Below, in pieces: positions 9,469 through 17,330 of a DNA stretch of 29,203 nt; the stretch's first letter is position 1, and every line of letters starts with the position of its first letter. The notes beneath the pieces are model-generated. The model searched no databases and was not told the origin of the DNA. It saw nothing but the letters and a program-made list of their open reading frames with translations. Location of the stretch: the sequence record NC_049392.1; one strand, given 5' to 3'. This DNA comes from Escherichia phage ESSI2_ev239. Both the position numbers and the translations under genes were made by a program.

Positions 9469-9913
9469 TCCGTGCCTTTAAATGCGGTGCTGATTCCGTT
9501 AGCAACCGCTATTCGCATATTTTCCCAGTGGCGATTATCCAGCCAGATGGCAGCGGAAATATCATCCACGGAATCCTGACCGTGTGGTAAATAATGGCGA
9601 CGCAAAATTAAATACTGTTCGAGTCCGTTCTGTTCAATTGCCCGGACTCGTTTTGTCAGTTTTTTACTTCAATTTCCAGTTCTGGCGCATAAAGCTCATT
9701 CACTTTCCCGGCAAGCTGGAGCGCTGCACCCGGACGTTTCAGAATGTCTTCCAGCGCTTCTTTACTTTCAGCAGACACAATGCGTACAAGATAATTGTGT
9801 GCAGGTGCCACTTTATTATCCATCGCCATTTCGTTGATGAACTTATTATAAGCGGTCTGATTCGGTTCAAAGATAATTTCTTTTTTGCATACAACCAGAT
9901 TAATTTTTTCCAT
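9465..9913 (-). CDS. Tail assembly chaperone, -1 frameshift fusion product (G-T / E-E' type)
   Basis: The -1 frame is open from the slippery heptamer at 9659-9665 to a TGA at 9465-9467 that overlaps the tape-measure ATG. Predicted fusion is about 149 aa (...EIEVKKLTKRVRAIEQNGLEQYLILRRHYLPHGQDSVDDISAAIWLDNRHWENMRIAVANGISTAFKGTE). Confidence 0.5.
9656..9913 (-). CDS. Tail assembly chaperone (zero-frame product)
   Basis: 85-aa ORF immediately upstream of the tape measure gene, ending ...EIEVKN with a TGA stop. Confidence 0.6.
   Translation of the reverse strand: MEKINLVVCKKEIIFEPNQTAYNKFINEMAMDNKVAPAHNYLVRIVSAESKEALEDILKRPGAALQLAGKVNELYAPELEIEVKN
9659..9665 (-). promoter_or_regulatory. Programmed -1 ribosomal frameshift slippery site A_AAA_AAC
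   Basis: Minus-strand AAAAAAC (plus-strand gttttttt) covers the last two sense codons of the chaperone (AAA AAC), two codons before its stop. Confidence 0.5.
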
Positions 9914-10199
9914 AAATAACGTTCTCTCTTAAATTAATTTCATCAACAAGCGCGTTATGCCGTGCAGCACACTGCCCGTATAACTCCAGATAAAGTGTCA
10001 GTAATTCCGCCGCGTCTTTTCCCTGCTTTCCACTCAGGCGCGGCAGCTGCGTGGCGCATTTAGTTTTCAGGTTTTCCTGATAACGTACGTTCGGTACTGG
10101 TGACGGCGTCGTTGTACATGCGGACAAAGTCATCAGACAGACACTTATTGGTAAATACCGGCCTAACCACTTCCGTGCGGATTTCACGCGGTGGCGCAT
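9900..10199 (-). CDS. o-spanin (Rz1-like outer-membrane lipoprotein)
   Basis: N-terminus MRHRVKSARKWLGRYLPISVCLMTLSAC carries a signal peptide and an LSAC lipobox. Starts inside the i-spanin gene in another frame and extends beyond it. Confidence 0.55.
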   Translation of the reverse strand: MRHRVKSARKWLGRYLPISVCLMTLSACTTTPSPVPNVRYQENLKTKCATQLPRLSGKQGKDAAELLTLYLELYGQCAARHNALVDEINLRENVIYGKN

Positions 10200-10392
10200 T
10201 TTTCAGTGCCTCCAGTTTGTCTTCCAGCCGGCGACCGGATGAACCGGCAATTTCAGCCAGTTGTTCCCCGGTCGCGGTGACCGCTTTTGAGACAGTCAGA
10301 TCAACACTGTCCCGCTTCCAGCCGGCCGTTTTCCAGCCAGCTATAAATGCCAGAGCAAGGGTGAATAACCAGCCTGACACGACGCGATCCAT
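10060..10392 (-). CDS. i-spanin (Rz-like)
   Basis: 110 aa with one N-terminal transmembrane segment (WLFTLALAFIAGW) and a charged periplasmic region; immediately downstream of the endolysin. Confidence 0.55.
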   Translation of the reverse strand: MDRVVSGWLFTLALAFIAGWKTAGWKRDSVDLTVSKAVTATGEQLAEIAGSSGRRLEDKLEALKNAPPREIRTEVVRPVFTNKCLSDDFVRMYNDAVTSTERTLSGKPEN

Positions 10393-10733
10393 CAGCGCAC
10401 CCCGTTATGTTCCAGGCTGAAATGATTACCATCAGGGCGGGATTTGAAGCGACCGCCCCATGAACCACCCAGCGATTCCCAGTATTCGCCCAGCGGCAGA
10501 TACGCCGCGCTGTTGGTCTGATACTGGCCATTAATGAACAGATTGAAGTCCACGGCCAGACGCTGCGTGTGCAGACTATTGGAAATGCCGCTGCCTTTTT
10601 TCGCGTTCATTGCAGCCTGTTCCGGGGTACGGTAAGCCTCACCAAACGTCAGTCGGTAGCCATGTTCTTCAGCCCACTGAATCAGATTTGCCACCATAAC
10701 GGTAAAGAGTTGCTGTTTTTCGCTCAGAGTCAT
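10392..10733 (-). CDS. Endolysin, peptidase M15 family (L-alanyl-D-glutamate peptidase type)
   Basis: 113 aa with zinc-binding signature SLHTQRLAVD ... GNHFSLEH (H-x6-D plus a second His) typical of VanY/M15 endolysins; sits between holin and spanins. Confidence 0.7.
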   Translation of the reverse strand: MTLSEKQQLFTVMVANLIQWAEEHGYRLTFGEAYRTPEQAAMNAKKGSGISNSLHTQRLAVDFNLFINGQYQTNSAAYLPLGEYWESLGGSWGGRFKSRPDGNHFSLEHNGVR

Positions 10734-11026
10734 TTCCCTGTCCCTTTATCAAAAATCCCTGTAAAACCCCGCTTACGCAGCCAGGCTTCCACCGCATTCT
10801 GCCCCAGAATACCCAGCGCGGAGCCAAATCCGGCCAGCGCGAGCGGATGAATATCCGGGACAAAGTACAGCGCCACCCCGGCAATCAGTGACAGCCCGCT
10901 GCCCACAATGACACGCCCCGCCACCAGACGAAGGGTGATCGGTTCATCACTGTTAAGCAATTTACCCAGCGCAATCAGCGCCCCCATGACTGCCAGTGCA
11001 ATGAACCCCTTTTCGTACTCCTGCAT
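10730..11026 (-). CDS. Holin (predicted 3 transmembrane segments)
   Basis: 98 aa with three hydrophobic stretches and a basic C-terminus (RKRGFTGIFDKGTGK); directly upstream of the endolysin with overlapping stop/start. Confidence 0.6.
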   Translation of the reverse strand: MQEYEKGFIALAVMGALIALGKLLNSDEPITLRLVAGRVIVGSGLSLIAGVALYFVPDIHPLALAGFGSALGILGQNAVEAWLRKRGFTGIFDKGTGK

Positions 11027-11038
11027 CCCTGCTGCCTC

Positions 11039-11494
11039 TTATCCAATCAGGTTTTCCGTGGCTTCCGCTTCCAGATACGGCACACCGTTGATGTTGACGA
11101 ACTTCGGACTTGTCACGAAGTATTTGATTTTATGCGTGGACACACTGCCACCCTTCGGATCACCATCCAGAACGCTGTTGAGCTGCAGCTTGTTACCAAA
11201 GGTTTCCACCTTCATTTCTTCGCTGCCGGCTTTGGCGTAAAAAAGGAAGTCAACCGGGGGAATACCACGCCATGACCCCGCTGAACGGGCTTTGGCTGTC
11301 AGAACCTGCAGCACTTTGGAGCTGACTTCAATTTCACCCTCGGCGGCAACGTCACCGTCCACATACCCGTCAGGAACACCGCGCGTCTGTGCGGCGGCAC
11401 TGTTATCGGTAATATCCAGCGAAATTTTTTCAATGTGGATCAGGTCACCGTCCAGATAGATATCAAAGGACATCCCTGAAATACGTTTGGTCAT
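11039..11494 (-). CDS. Putative tail tube protein
   Basis: 151 aa immediately downstream of the sheath-sized gene with overlapping stop/start. Assignment by size and order only. Confidence 0.4.
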   Translation of the reverse strand: MTKRISGMSFDIYLDGDLIHIEKISLDITDNSAAAQTRGVPDGYVDGDVAAEGEIEVSSKVLQVLTAKARSAGSWRGIPPVDFLFYAKAGSEEMKVETFGNKLQLNSVLDGDPKGGSVSTHKIKYFVTSPKFVNINGVPYLEAEATENLIG

Positions 11495-12618
11495 GCGCTG
11501 GCCTCCAGACTTGCATCCAGTAACAGACTGATGGTGATCTGCAGCGGTACTTCATACGTACGCACCACAATGTAAATATCCACCGCCTTTTTGTTCTTCC
11601 AGACAATGGTCACGTCACCGTCCTGTGGAGGTTTCACCTCGCCCGGAAATGACACGCCGTTAATGCTGGCCGCAGTGGACATTTCCCGCAGCGGACGGGC
11701 AAACAGCGTCTGGTGTGCGGCAATACTGCCCGGTGTACTGTTAAGTGAGCGATCGGCAATCTTACCGATGGCCAGCAGACGGACGCGGCGTGCTGCCTTA
11801 TCCACAATACGCAGCGTCTCGATGGACTGGTAATCACCGCCCTCAACGTCCAGCGTGCGCCCGTCAGCCCAGTAAAAGCCGTCATAGTCCGGATACCACA
11901 TCGGCACGCTGTAGCGCTGAGCTTCCAGCGCCTGAAGGGTCGCCAGTTCCAGCGTTTCGCCGGTACCGTCTTTCGGCAGTTCATCGCTTCCTGGACTCAG
12001 CAACGCGCCTGTTTTCACCCGCGCCGGACTGTCGGCAATAGTGACAGCACGGTTGCAGAGACGACCAGCCAGCACGCCCGGTTCATTCCCCCAGAGACGG
12101 GGTACCAGTTGTACCGCTTTTTCCGCGATACCTTCCTGAAGGGTGGACAGACGCACCAGATAATCCGCCTGGGTTTCATCCTGCTGCATCCCCTGAACCG
12201 CCAGAATGAACCACACCCAGCGCCCGTATTTAGCAATCAGTTCAGATCGCAGCGTTGCCGCCTGATTAATCTGCGCTTTCGCGGCCACATCATCAGACAG
12301 CACCACACCTTCCACCGAACAGGAGACCTGTGCGGCCTTAACGGCATCCACCCATGCCCCCGGCTCGCTGTCTGCGGCCAGCACATGAACAAATCCCCAC
12401 CAGTTCTGGCCGGCGTTCGCCAGTGCGGCCAGCACATCACTTTTTAACGGGCTGTCACCCTCGCCCAGCAGCGCATCAAAATCACTCTGTGCGTTAACTG
12501 CCAGCGTCTTACCTACATTTTTGGTTCCCGTGCCGATAAACAGCAGCGTGCGCTCCACTTCCGTGGTTTCACCCAGCAGCTGATTTACCTGGTTTACGGT
12601 CACAATTGGCCAGGTCAT
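11491..12618 (-). CDS. Putative tail sheath protein
   Basis: 375 aa between tail completion-like genes and the tube-sized gene. Assignment by size and order only; not visibly similar to P2 FI. Confidence 0.4.
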   Translation of the reverse strand: MTWPIVTVNQVNQLLGETTEVERTLLFIGTGTKNVGKTLAVNAQSDFDALLGEGDSPLKSDVLAALANAGQNWWGFVHVLAADSEPGAWVDAVKAAQVSCSVEGVVLSDDVAAKAQINQAATLRSELIAKYGRWVWFILAVQGMQQDETQADYLVRLSTLQEGIAEKAVQLVPRLWGNEPGVLAGRLCNRAVTIADSPARVKTGALLSPGSDELPKDGTGETLELATLQALEAQRYSVPMWYPDYDGFYWADGRTLDVEGGDYQSIETLRIVDKAARRVRLLAIGKIADRSLNSTPGSIAAHQTLFARPLREMSTAASINGVSFPGEVKPPQDGDVTIVWKNKKAVDIYIVVRTYEVPLQITISLLLDASLEASA

Positions 12619-13319
12619 GCTCTCCCCCTGATATCCTGCGCGTTAACATCCCAGCCGAACCCGATAGCCTGCAGCTGTCGCGCCAGCGCTTTGTTAAAAT
12701 CGTCCTGACCTATCCCCAGAAACGCCCTGGCAGGTAAATCAATCTGCCAGGACGTTTTGACCGGTTTGTCCTCCAGTATCCGGATAAGCAAACCTGCCTG
12801 TCTGGCGGTCATCCTTTCCTGTATTTCCTTATAACCGGGCTTACGCCAGCGCTTACCGCGCCTGACTTTATACCCGGCCTTGCGCAGACGTTTCGCCTGT
12901 CGCAGTGATGCAGGCTTGTCTCCCTGCTCACGGCCTTCCACCTGCTTACGGTTGACGGTCACGCTCATGCCGTTCTGCTGGACATACCCCACCACGCCGG
13001 CAGGCAGATTTCCCTTCGCATTCCGGTAATGACCACCGGCCAGATACAGCCTGACCGACTCTGTTTCAGGCATTTCCCGGATGCGGATCAGTTTCGGCAT
13101 ATTGCGCAACATTTTGCCTTTACGCCGGGTCTGTCGCGCCTGCCACTTATCACCCTCCGGCGACTGCTGATTGCGCACATTACGCTTTGCTGCGGCTTCC
13201 ACGCCGTATTTCGCTATACGCCACAACAGCCGGCGACGTTTCGCAGAAGGTAAATCCAGCTTTTTCAGCGCCTCCTGGAGCTGGCGGAACTGTTCCTTGT
13301 TCAGCTCGCCATTTATCAT
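12615..13319 (-). CDS. Phage virion morphogenesis / tail completion protein (gpS-like)
   Basis: 234 aa with a strongly basic C-terminal half; position after the head completion gene and before the sheath corresponds to gpR/gpS. Confidence 0.5.
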   Translation of the reverse strand: MINGELNKEQFRQLQEALKKLDLPSAKRRRLLWRIAKYGVEAAAKRNVRNQQSPEGDKWQARQTRRKGKMLRNMPKLIRIREMPETESVRLYLAGGHYRNAKGNLPAGVVGYVQQNGMSVTVNRKQVEGREQGDKPASLRQAKRLRKAGYKVRRGKRWRKPGYKEIQERMTARQAGLLIRILEDKPVKTSWQIDLPARAFLGIGQDDFNKALARQLQAIGFGWDVNAQDIRGRA

Positions 13320-13798
13320 TCCTGCCCCTCACTGACCGGGATCACCGTCACCTCATCAGCCGTCCAGACTTCGGGGTTTGCCAGCTTCCAGCGCTGGCCA
13401 TCAAACGGGATCTGGCCTTTGGGATCGGGAACCAGATTAAGTTCCTCCACCATTGGCAGCGTCACCACCATGATGGCGGTTTCCTGGTCGATGGTTTCGA
13501 TATCAAATTCCGGCAGCTCGGCGTCAATGCCGGTTTCCTCAAAGAGCGTGCGCTCATCCTGGCAAAGCCACGACATAAACAAAGCCATCAGGATTTTGGG
13601 ATCGTACTCGCGGTAGGGATAACGCTCCCACGTCAGCACGGCGTTATAACGGATGATGGCAATACGGTACTGCCCCAGCCCGGTGTCCCGCTGTGCCGGG
13701 ATGAACGCGATCTCGTCCATCTGGCTGTCAAATCCCTGCATTGCCCGTCTGGGCATGTTGGCAATGAGAAAATCGGTTAATTCCGTTAACTGGCTCAT
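13316..13798 (-). CDS. Putative tail completion protein (gpR-like)
   Basis: 160 aa, acidic, between gpL and the gpS-like gene with overlapping junctions. Assignment by position. Confidence 0.4.
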   Translation of the reverse strand: MSQLTELTDFLIANMPRRAMQGFDSQMDEIAFIPAQRDTGLGQYRIAIIRYNAVLTWERYPYREYDPKILMALFMSWLCQDERTLFEETGIDAELPEFDIETIDQETAIMVVTLPMVEELNLVPDPKGQIPFDGQRWKLANPEVWTADEVTVIPVSEGQE

Positions 13799-14286
13799 AT
13801 CATGGCCACCGTAATGCGTTGCAGCCCTTTGATGCGGCGTACTGCCAGTGTGGACTCCGCAATCAGGCTGGAGCGTGTTTCGTCACTTTCCTGCCCCGGA
13901 TGGCTCTCACGGCGACCAACAGAGGCAAACTCGCCCATCAAATCAGCTTTGGCACGTGCATATACCGCTTTGCGATAACGGGCGCACAACAGATTTTCGC
14001 CGTCAATTTCCACGCCCGGAACGTGCGCCGCGCGCTCATGACCAGCGCTGCGATACCTTGCCGCCACACTGACCAGATCATCATTGATTTCGCCGGCTGC
14101 AGTCAGCAGCGCCTGGCGGATGGTGGCCGCATCAATATCGGCCGGAATGGTGCGCTGGGACTGAAAATCTTTCACGCTCAGGTCAGGCCAGAAGCCATCA
14201 TTCGTCAGAGTGGCATCGTCAAAATCAATTGAAGTTCCGCTGAACATCCTGTTTCTCCGGAAAAAAGCGGGCTGGCCGGTTTCCAC
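13795..14286 (-). CDS. L: Head completion/stabilisation protein (P2 gpL family)
   Basis: 163 aa; position after M and conserved blocks (FWPDLSVKDF, RKAVYARAKADLMGEFAS, LAVRRIKGLQRITV) parallel P2 gpL. Confidence 0.7.
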   Translation of the reverse strand: METGQPAFFRRNRMFSGTSIDFDDATLTNDGFWPDLSVKDFQSQRTIPADIDAATIRQALLTAAGEINDDLVSVAARYRSAGHERAAHVPGVEIDGENLLCARYRKAVYARAKADLMGEFASVGRRESHPGQESDETRSSLIAESTLAVRRIKGLQRITVAMI

Positions 14287-14340
14287 GGGCGATACGCTTA
14301 TGCGATCCCCTCCACCGCGCCCGCTTTCGGGTCGGTAGTC

Positions 14341-14532
14341 TTACTCGCCGCGTTTTGCGGCCTGAATCTCACCTTCTTCAAACCACGCATCAGATGCGCG
14401 GCCGTCAGCAGTCTGATAGTGGATCAGATACTGATTGCAGCTGTTGGTGTACTCCGCACGGGCTTTGATATGCCCCTCTTCGCCGCTAATGGAAACTTCA
14501 ACAACCTGGCCTAACTCATGCTTAAACGACAT
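14341..14532 (-). CDS. Small hypothetical protein inserted between gpM and gpL
   Basis: 63-aa ORF (MSFKHELGQVVEVSISGEEGHIKARAEY...) tightly packed in the operon, about 1 nt after the M stop and about 54 nt before L. No P2 counterpart at this position that I know of. Confidence 0.45.
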   Translation of the reverse strand: MSFKHELGQVVEVSISGEEGHIKARAEYTNSCNQYLIHYQTADGRASDAWFEEGEIQAAKRGE

Positions 14533-14533
14533 A

Positions 14534-15247
14534 TCAAACTCCTGTAGACTCTTTTTTCAGCGCCCGCAGACGCGCAGCAATACGCTGCAACATCGTGCCA
14601 ACACCACATTTAGGGTCGAATCCCTTCGCCTGCTCCAGCAATTCCTTCGCCCGGAGCAATACTTCCCTGTCTTCCGTTGCCGCTGCGCGTGGCTCTCCGT
14701 TTTCATCGCGTAGCAGGTGCAGACCGGCAAACTTCAGGTATTTGGCCTTAATGACCTCATACACATTCCAGTGCTGCGTCACGTTTTCCAGCGTACGGCC
14801 AAAATACGGCTCCACATCATGCCCCTGCACGGCTTCCGCTTCCGCCCAGGACAACACCGTATCCGCCACAAACACCGGGAACGTACTGCCGAACGCGGCC
14901 GGGGTTTCCTGTCCCCGCTGGATTGCCACATCCGCCCAGTCCAGCGCCTGGTCAAACTGGCCTGTATCAAACAGCCAGACGACACACCAGGCAAAAACAG
15001 GATTCTGTTGCACACTGTCACCTTCCAGCCAGGATTGCGCGGTTGGCATCCAGCGCGGTAACAGCACATCACGCTTAAACTCCATGCGCTCAGCGCGGCT
15101 TTCAATCGCTGCGGCAGCGGCGACATCTTTCTCCAGCGCGACAATCTGAATATGCAGGCTGGTTTCCGTGTCCAGAGACTGCTGCTGTCGCAGTAACCGC
15201 TCCGCTTCAATTCGTGCGCTGTGGCGCTGTGCCGGTGACAGTTGCAT
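14534..15247 (-). CDS. M: Terminase small/endonuclease subunit (P2 gpM family)
   Basis: 237 aa; N-terminal SPAQRH motif and position after the capsid gene match P2 gpM. Confidence 0.8.
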   Translation of the reverse strand: MQLSPAQRHSARIEAERLLRQQQSLDTETSLHIQIVALEKDVAAAAAIESRAERMEFKRDVLLPRWMPTAQSWLEGDSVQQNPVFAWCVVWLFDTGQFDQALDWADVAIQRGQETPAAFGSTFPVFVADTVLSWAEAEAVQGHDVEPYFGRTLENVTQHWNVYEVIKAKYLKFAGLHLLRDENGEPRAAATEDREVLLRAKELLEQAKGFDPKCGVGTMLQRIAARLRALKKESTGV

Positions 15248-15257
15248 TAAATCCCCC

Positions 15258-16286
15258 TTACTCCCCTGCCGGAGGCGCGACCGGTGCCCCGATAGTTACC
15301 GCACTTTCATCAAATGCGGCGTACAGTTCCGGATACTCAACCGCATAACCTTCGTTACGCAGGTATTTGTTTTCATACTGCTTGCGGTCTTCCACAAACT
15401 CCGCCTTGCGCTGGCGCGTGCCGCGCTGGGTGTAGATGTGCAGGTTTGGCAGTGTCGTAACAATCATGCGTTTGCCCGGCATAAACGGCGGTACGTAAGC
15501 CGTGCGACCGGCGATGCTGTCAGACAGTAATTGCGCAGCGATCTTCTCCGTGGGTTTGTCTGCTTTCTGATACAGACGGAACGACTCCGCCGCGACCAGA
15601 TCAGCGCCGACCAGAACCACCAGACGCGGGTCATTACGGAACTGTGCCGGGATTTTGGTATTGATGAGATCGGAAGCCATTGCATCCAGCGACACGTAAT
15701 CGCCTTTCCCGTCACCGTCAAGCACCACCGCATCAGTGATGATCTGCTGGCCGTCCTTCCACTCTTTGACGATCTGATGCCAGCCCTTGTTCACATCCTC
15801 GCCGTTCGGGTTGGTTTCCGCGTTCGTGGTCTCGGCCACTTTGGTACCGTTAAAGCCGATACGCAGCATATCCAGCGCAAACGCCTGATTGGTGAACTCC
15901 TGAACACGCTGGAAAAACTCGTTTTCATCGCCGGCGTTCGCCCAGACAGAAAGCAACTGCCAGGTGAGTGCGGCGCATGAGTCGGTCTCGACCAGACTGT
16001 AATCATTACCACTCACGCCCACTTTCTTACGGAAGCGGCCATCCAGTACACGCCCGGTATACAGGCCAGAGCTGCCAACCGGAACCACCTGCCCCTGCAG
16101 CTGATCGACATCGGCAACGGTGATCAGATTCAGGAAATCAGACTGCTCCATCAGCGCATTGCGCAGCTGGGTTTCTTTGGGGTCGGTGAGTGCAAACCAG
16201 CGTTCGCTGTCGGTCGCCCCGTAGGATTCACGCAGCCCGGTGTGATACTGAAGCAGAAACTCACGGGCTTTCGCATTTAATTGCAT
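15258..16286 (-). CDS. N: Major capsid protein (P2 gpN family)
   Basis: 342 aa, typical gpN size, flanked by O and M in the canonical O-N-M-L order. Confidence 0.85.
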   Translation of the reverse strand: MQLNAKAREFLLQYHTGLRESYGATDSERWFALTDPKETQLRNALMEQSDFLNLITVADVDQLQGQVVPVGSSGLYTGRVLDGRFRKKVGVSGNDYSLVETDSCAALTWQLLSVWANAGDENEFFQRVQEFTNQAFALDMLRIGFNGTKVAETTNAETNPNGEDVNKGWHQIVKEWKDGQQIITDAVVLDGDGKGDYVSLDAMASDLINTKIPAQFRNDPRLVVLVGADLVAAESFRLYQKADKPTEKIAAQLLSDSIAGRTAYVPPFMPGKRMIVTTLPNLHIYTQRGTRQRKAEFVEDRKQYENKYLRNEGYAVEYPELYAAFDESAVTIGAPVAPPAGE

Positions 16287-16320
16287 ATTCTTTTTCCTTA
16301 AAGAAAAGTAGTGTTATCCC

Positions 16321-17160
16321 TTACAGGAAATTGAAGCCTTTTTTGCCCTTGCTGAATTTCTTGTCCGGCAGTTGAGTAACTTTGTTATTCAGCTTGCTGA
16401 AGTTTTTCACCAGCTCCGGCAGGTTCCCCACCAGACGCGCAAAATCTTCGGTGTCCACTACTTCCTTCACGGTGTCCACATCGTCCTGCACATCAGATAC
16501 CGCTTCTTCCGCCTCACCCAGACGGGTTTCAATAGCAGATACGCGCTTATCAATGGCATCCAGCGCTTCAGCCAGCGCCTGTAAGGCATCAGACTGTGAA
16601 GGTTCCTGCTCCGGGGTCTGCTCCGGTTCTTCGATACTGAAAAAATGGCGCCAGCCCTTTTTCGCTGTCTTTGACATTCCCTTTTCCTTTTTAAATTCCC
16701 TGACTTCATCAAACGCCAGCGGCTTGTATGGTCCGATGCGTTTTCCCCTGGTGCGGCTGAAACGTAGCCGTGTGGTGCTTACCCCGGCCGGACTGTCAGT
16801 AATGGCCAGCCCCTCAAGATAGGTTTTCCCGGTATTTCTGAAATTCCCGTCCGGTGTAAACTCCGGTGATAAAAATAAAAGCTGCCCCTTCGCATTCGCC
16901 TGAAGCAACGCTATAGCCGGACAGAGTCGGGCGTATAAACGAAGAATACCTTCATCATCCCGCTCGGCTTTTACTTCCAGCACTTCCCCCATATTCCCGA
17001 AATTGCGGGTATGTTCCGGCCATAACAGCGCGGTATATAAATTGGGGTCATATAATTCAGCGGCATCAAGTAACCATTGTTCTTCAATGGTTCTTTTATC
17101 GACCGTTTCACCCGCAGTGGCGATACAAATCCAGTTTGTTGCCAGTTGTGAACCTGACAT
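16321..17160 (-). CDS. O: Capsid scaffolding protein (P2 gpO family)
   Basis: Track ORF extends to 17250; preferred start is Met 31 (MSGSQLATNW) preceded by GGAGG, giving about 279 aa. Acidic coiled-coil C-terminus typical of gpO. Confidence 0.8.
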   Translation of the reverse strand: MSGSQLATNWICIATAGETVDKRTIEEQWLLDAAELYDPNLYTALLWPEHTRNFGNMGEVLEVKAERDDEGILRLYARLCPAIALLQANAKGQLLFLSPEFTPDGNFRNTGKTYLEGLAITDSPAGVSTTRLRFSRTRGKRIGPYKPLAFDEVREFKKEKGMSKTAKKGWRHFFSIEEPEQTPEQEPSQSDALQALAEALDAIDKRVSAIETRLGEAEEAVSDVQDDVDTVKEVVDTEDFARLVGNLPELVKNFSKLNNKVTQLPDKKFSKGKKGFNFL

Positions 17161-17330
17161 ATTGCCTCCGTTCATTCTGCGAGGCTCAGTATCACCAATA
17201 AAATACACCCACGCATTCCAATTATTTCGGTGAAATTCGGATATAAGCAATAACCGAACTCAGCAGAATTAATTTTCAAAAATCGCGGCTGAATTGCTGA
17301 ATAATTCGCTTATTAATAAACAGATGAATT

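Noticed and set aside
16321-17250. Full-length 309-aa version of the scaffold ORF, and the similar 5' extensions of the int (25694), C (25013), J-like (7232), 253-aa (3288), 120-aa (25004) and 154-aa (21238) track ORFs
   Set aside because: Internal starts give better ribosome-binding sites, expected protein sizes and sensible overlaps with upstream genes. The longest ORFs reflect the track's use of the first in-frame start, including GTG.
17161-17330. Ogr-dependent late promoter (TGT-N12-ACA) in the O-P intergenic region
   Set aside because: The region is AT-rich and almost certainly holds the divergent late promoters, but I could not find a clean TGT-N12-ACA element on either strand, so no specific promoter is called.
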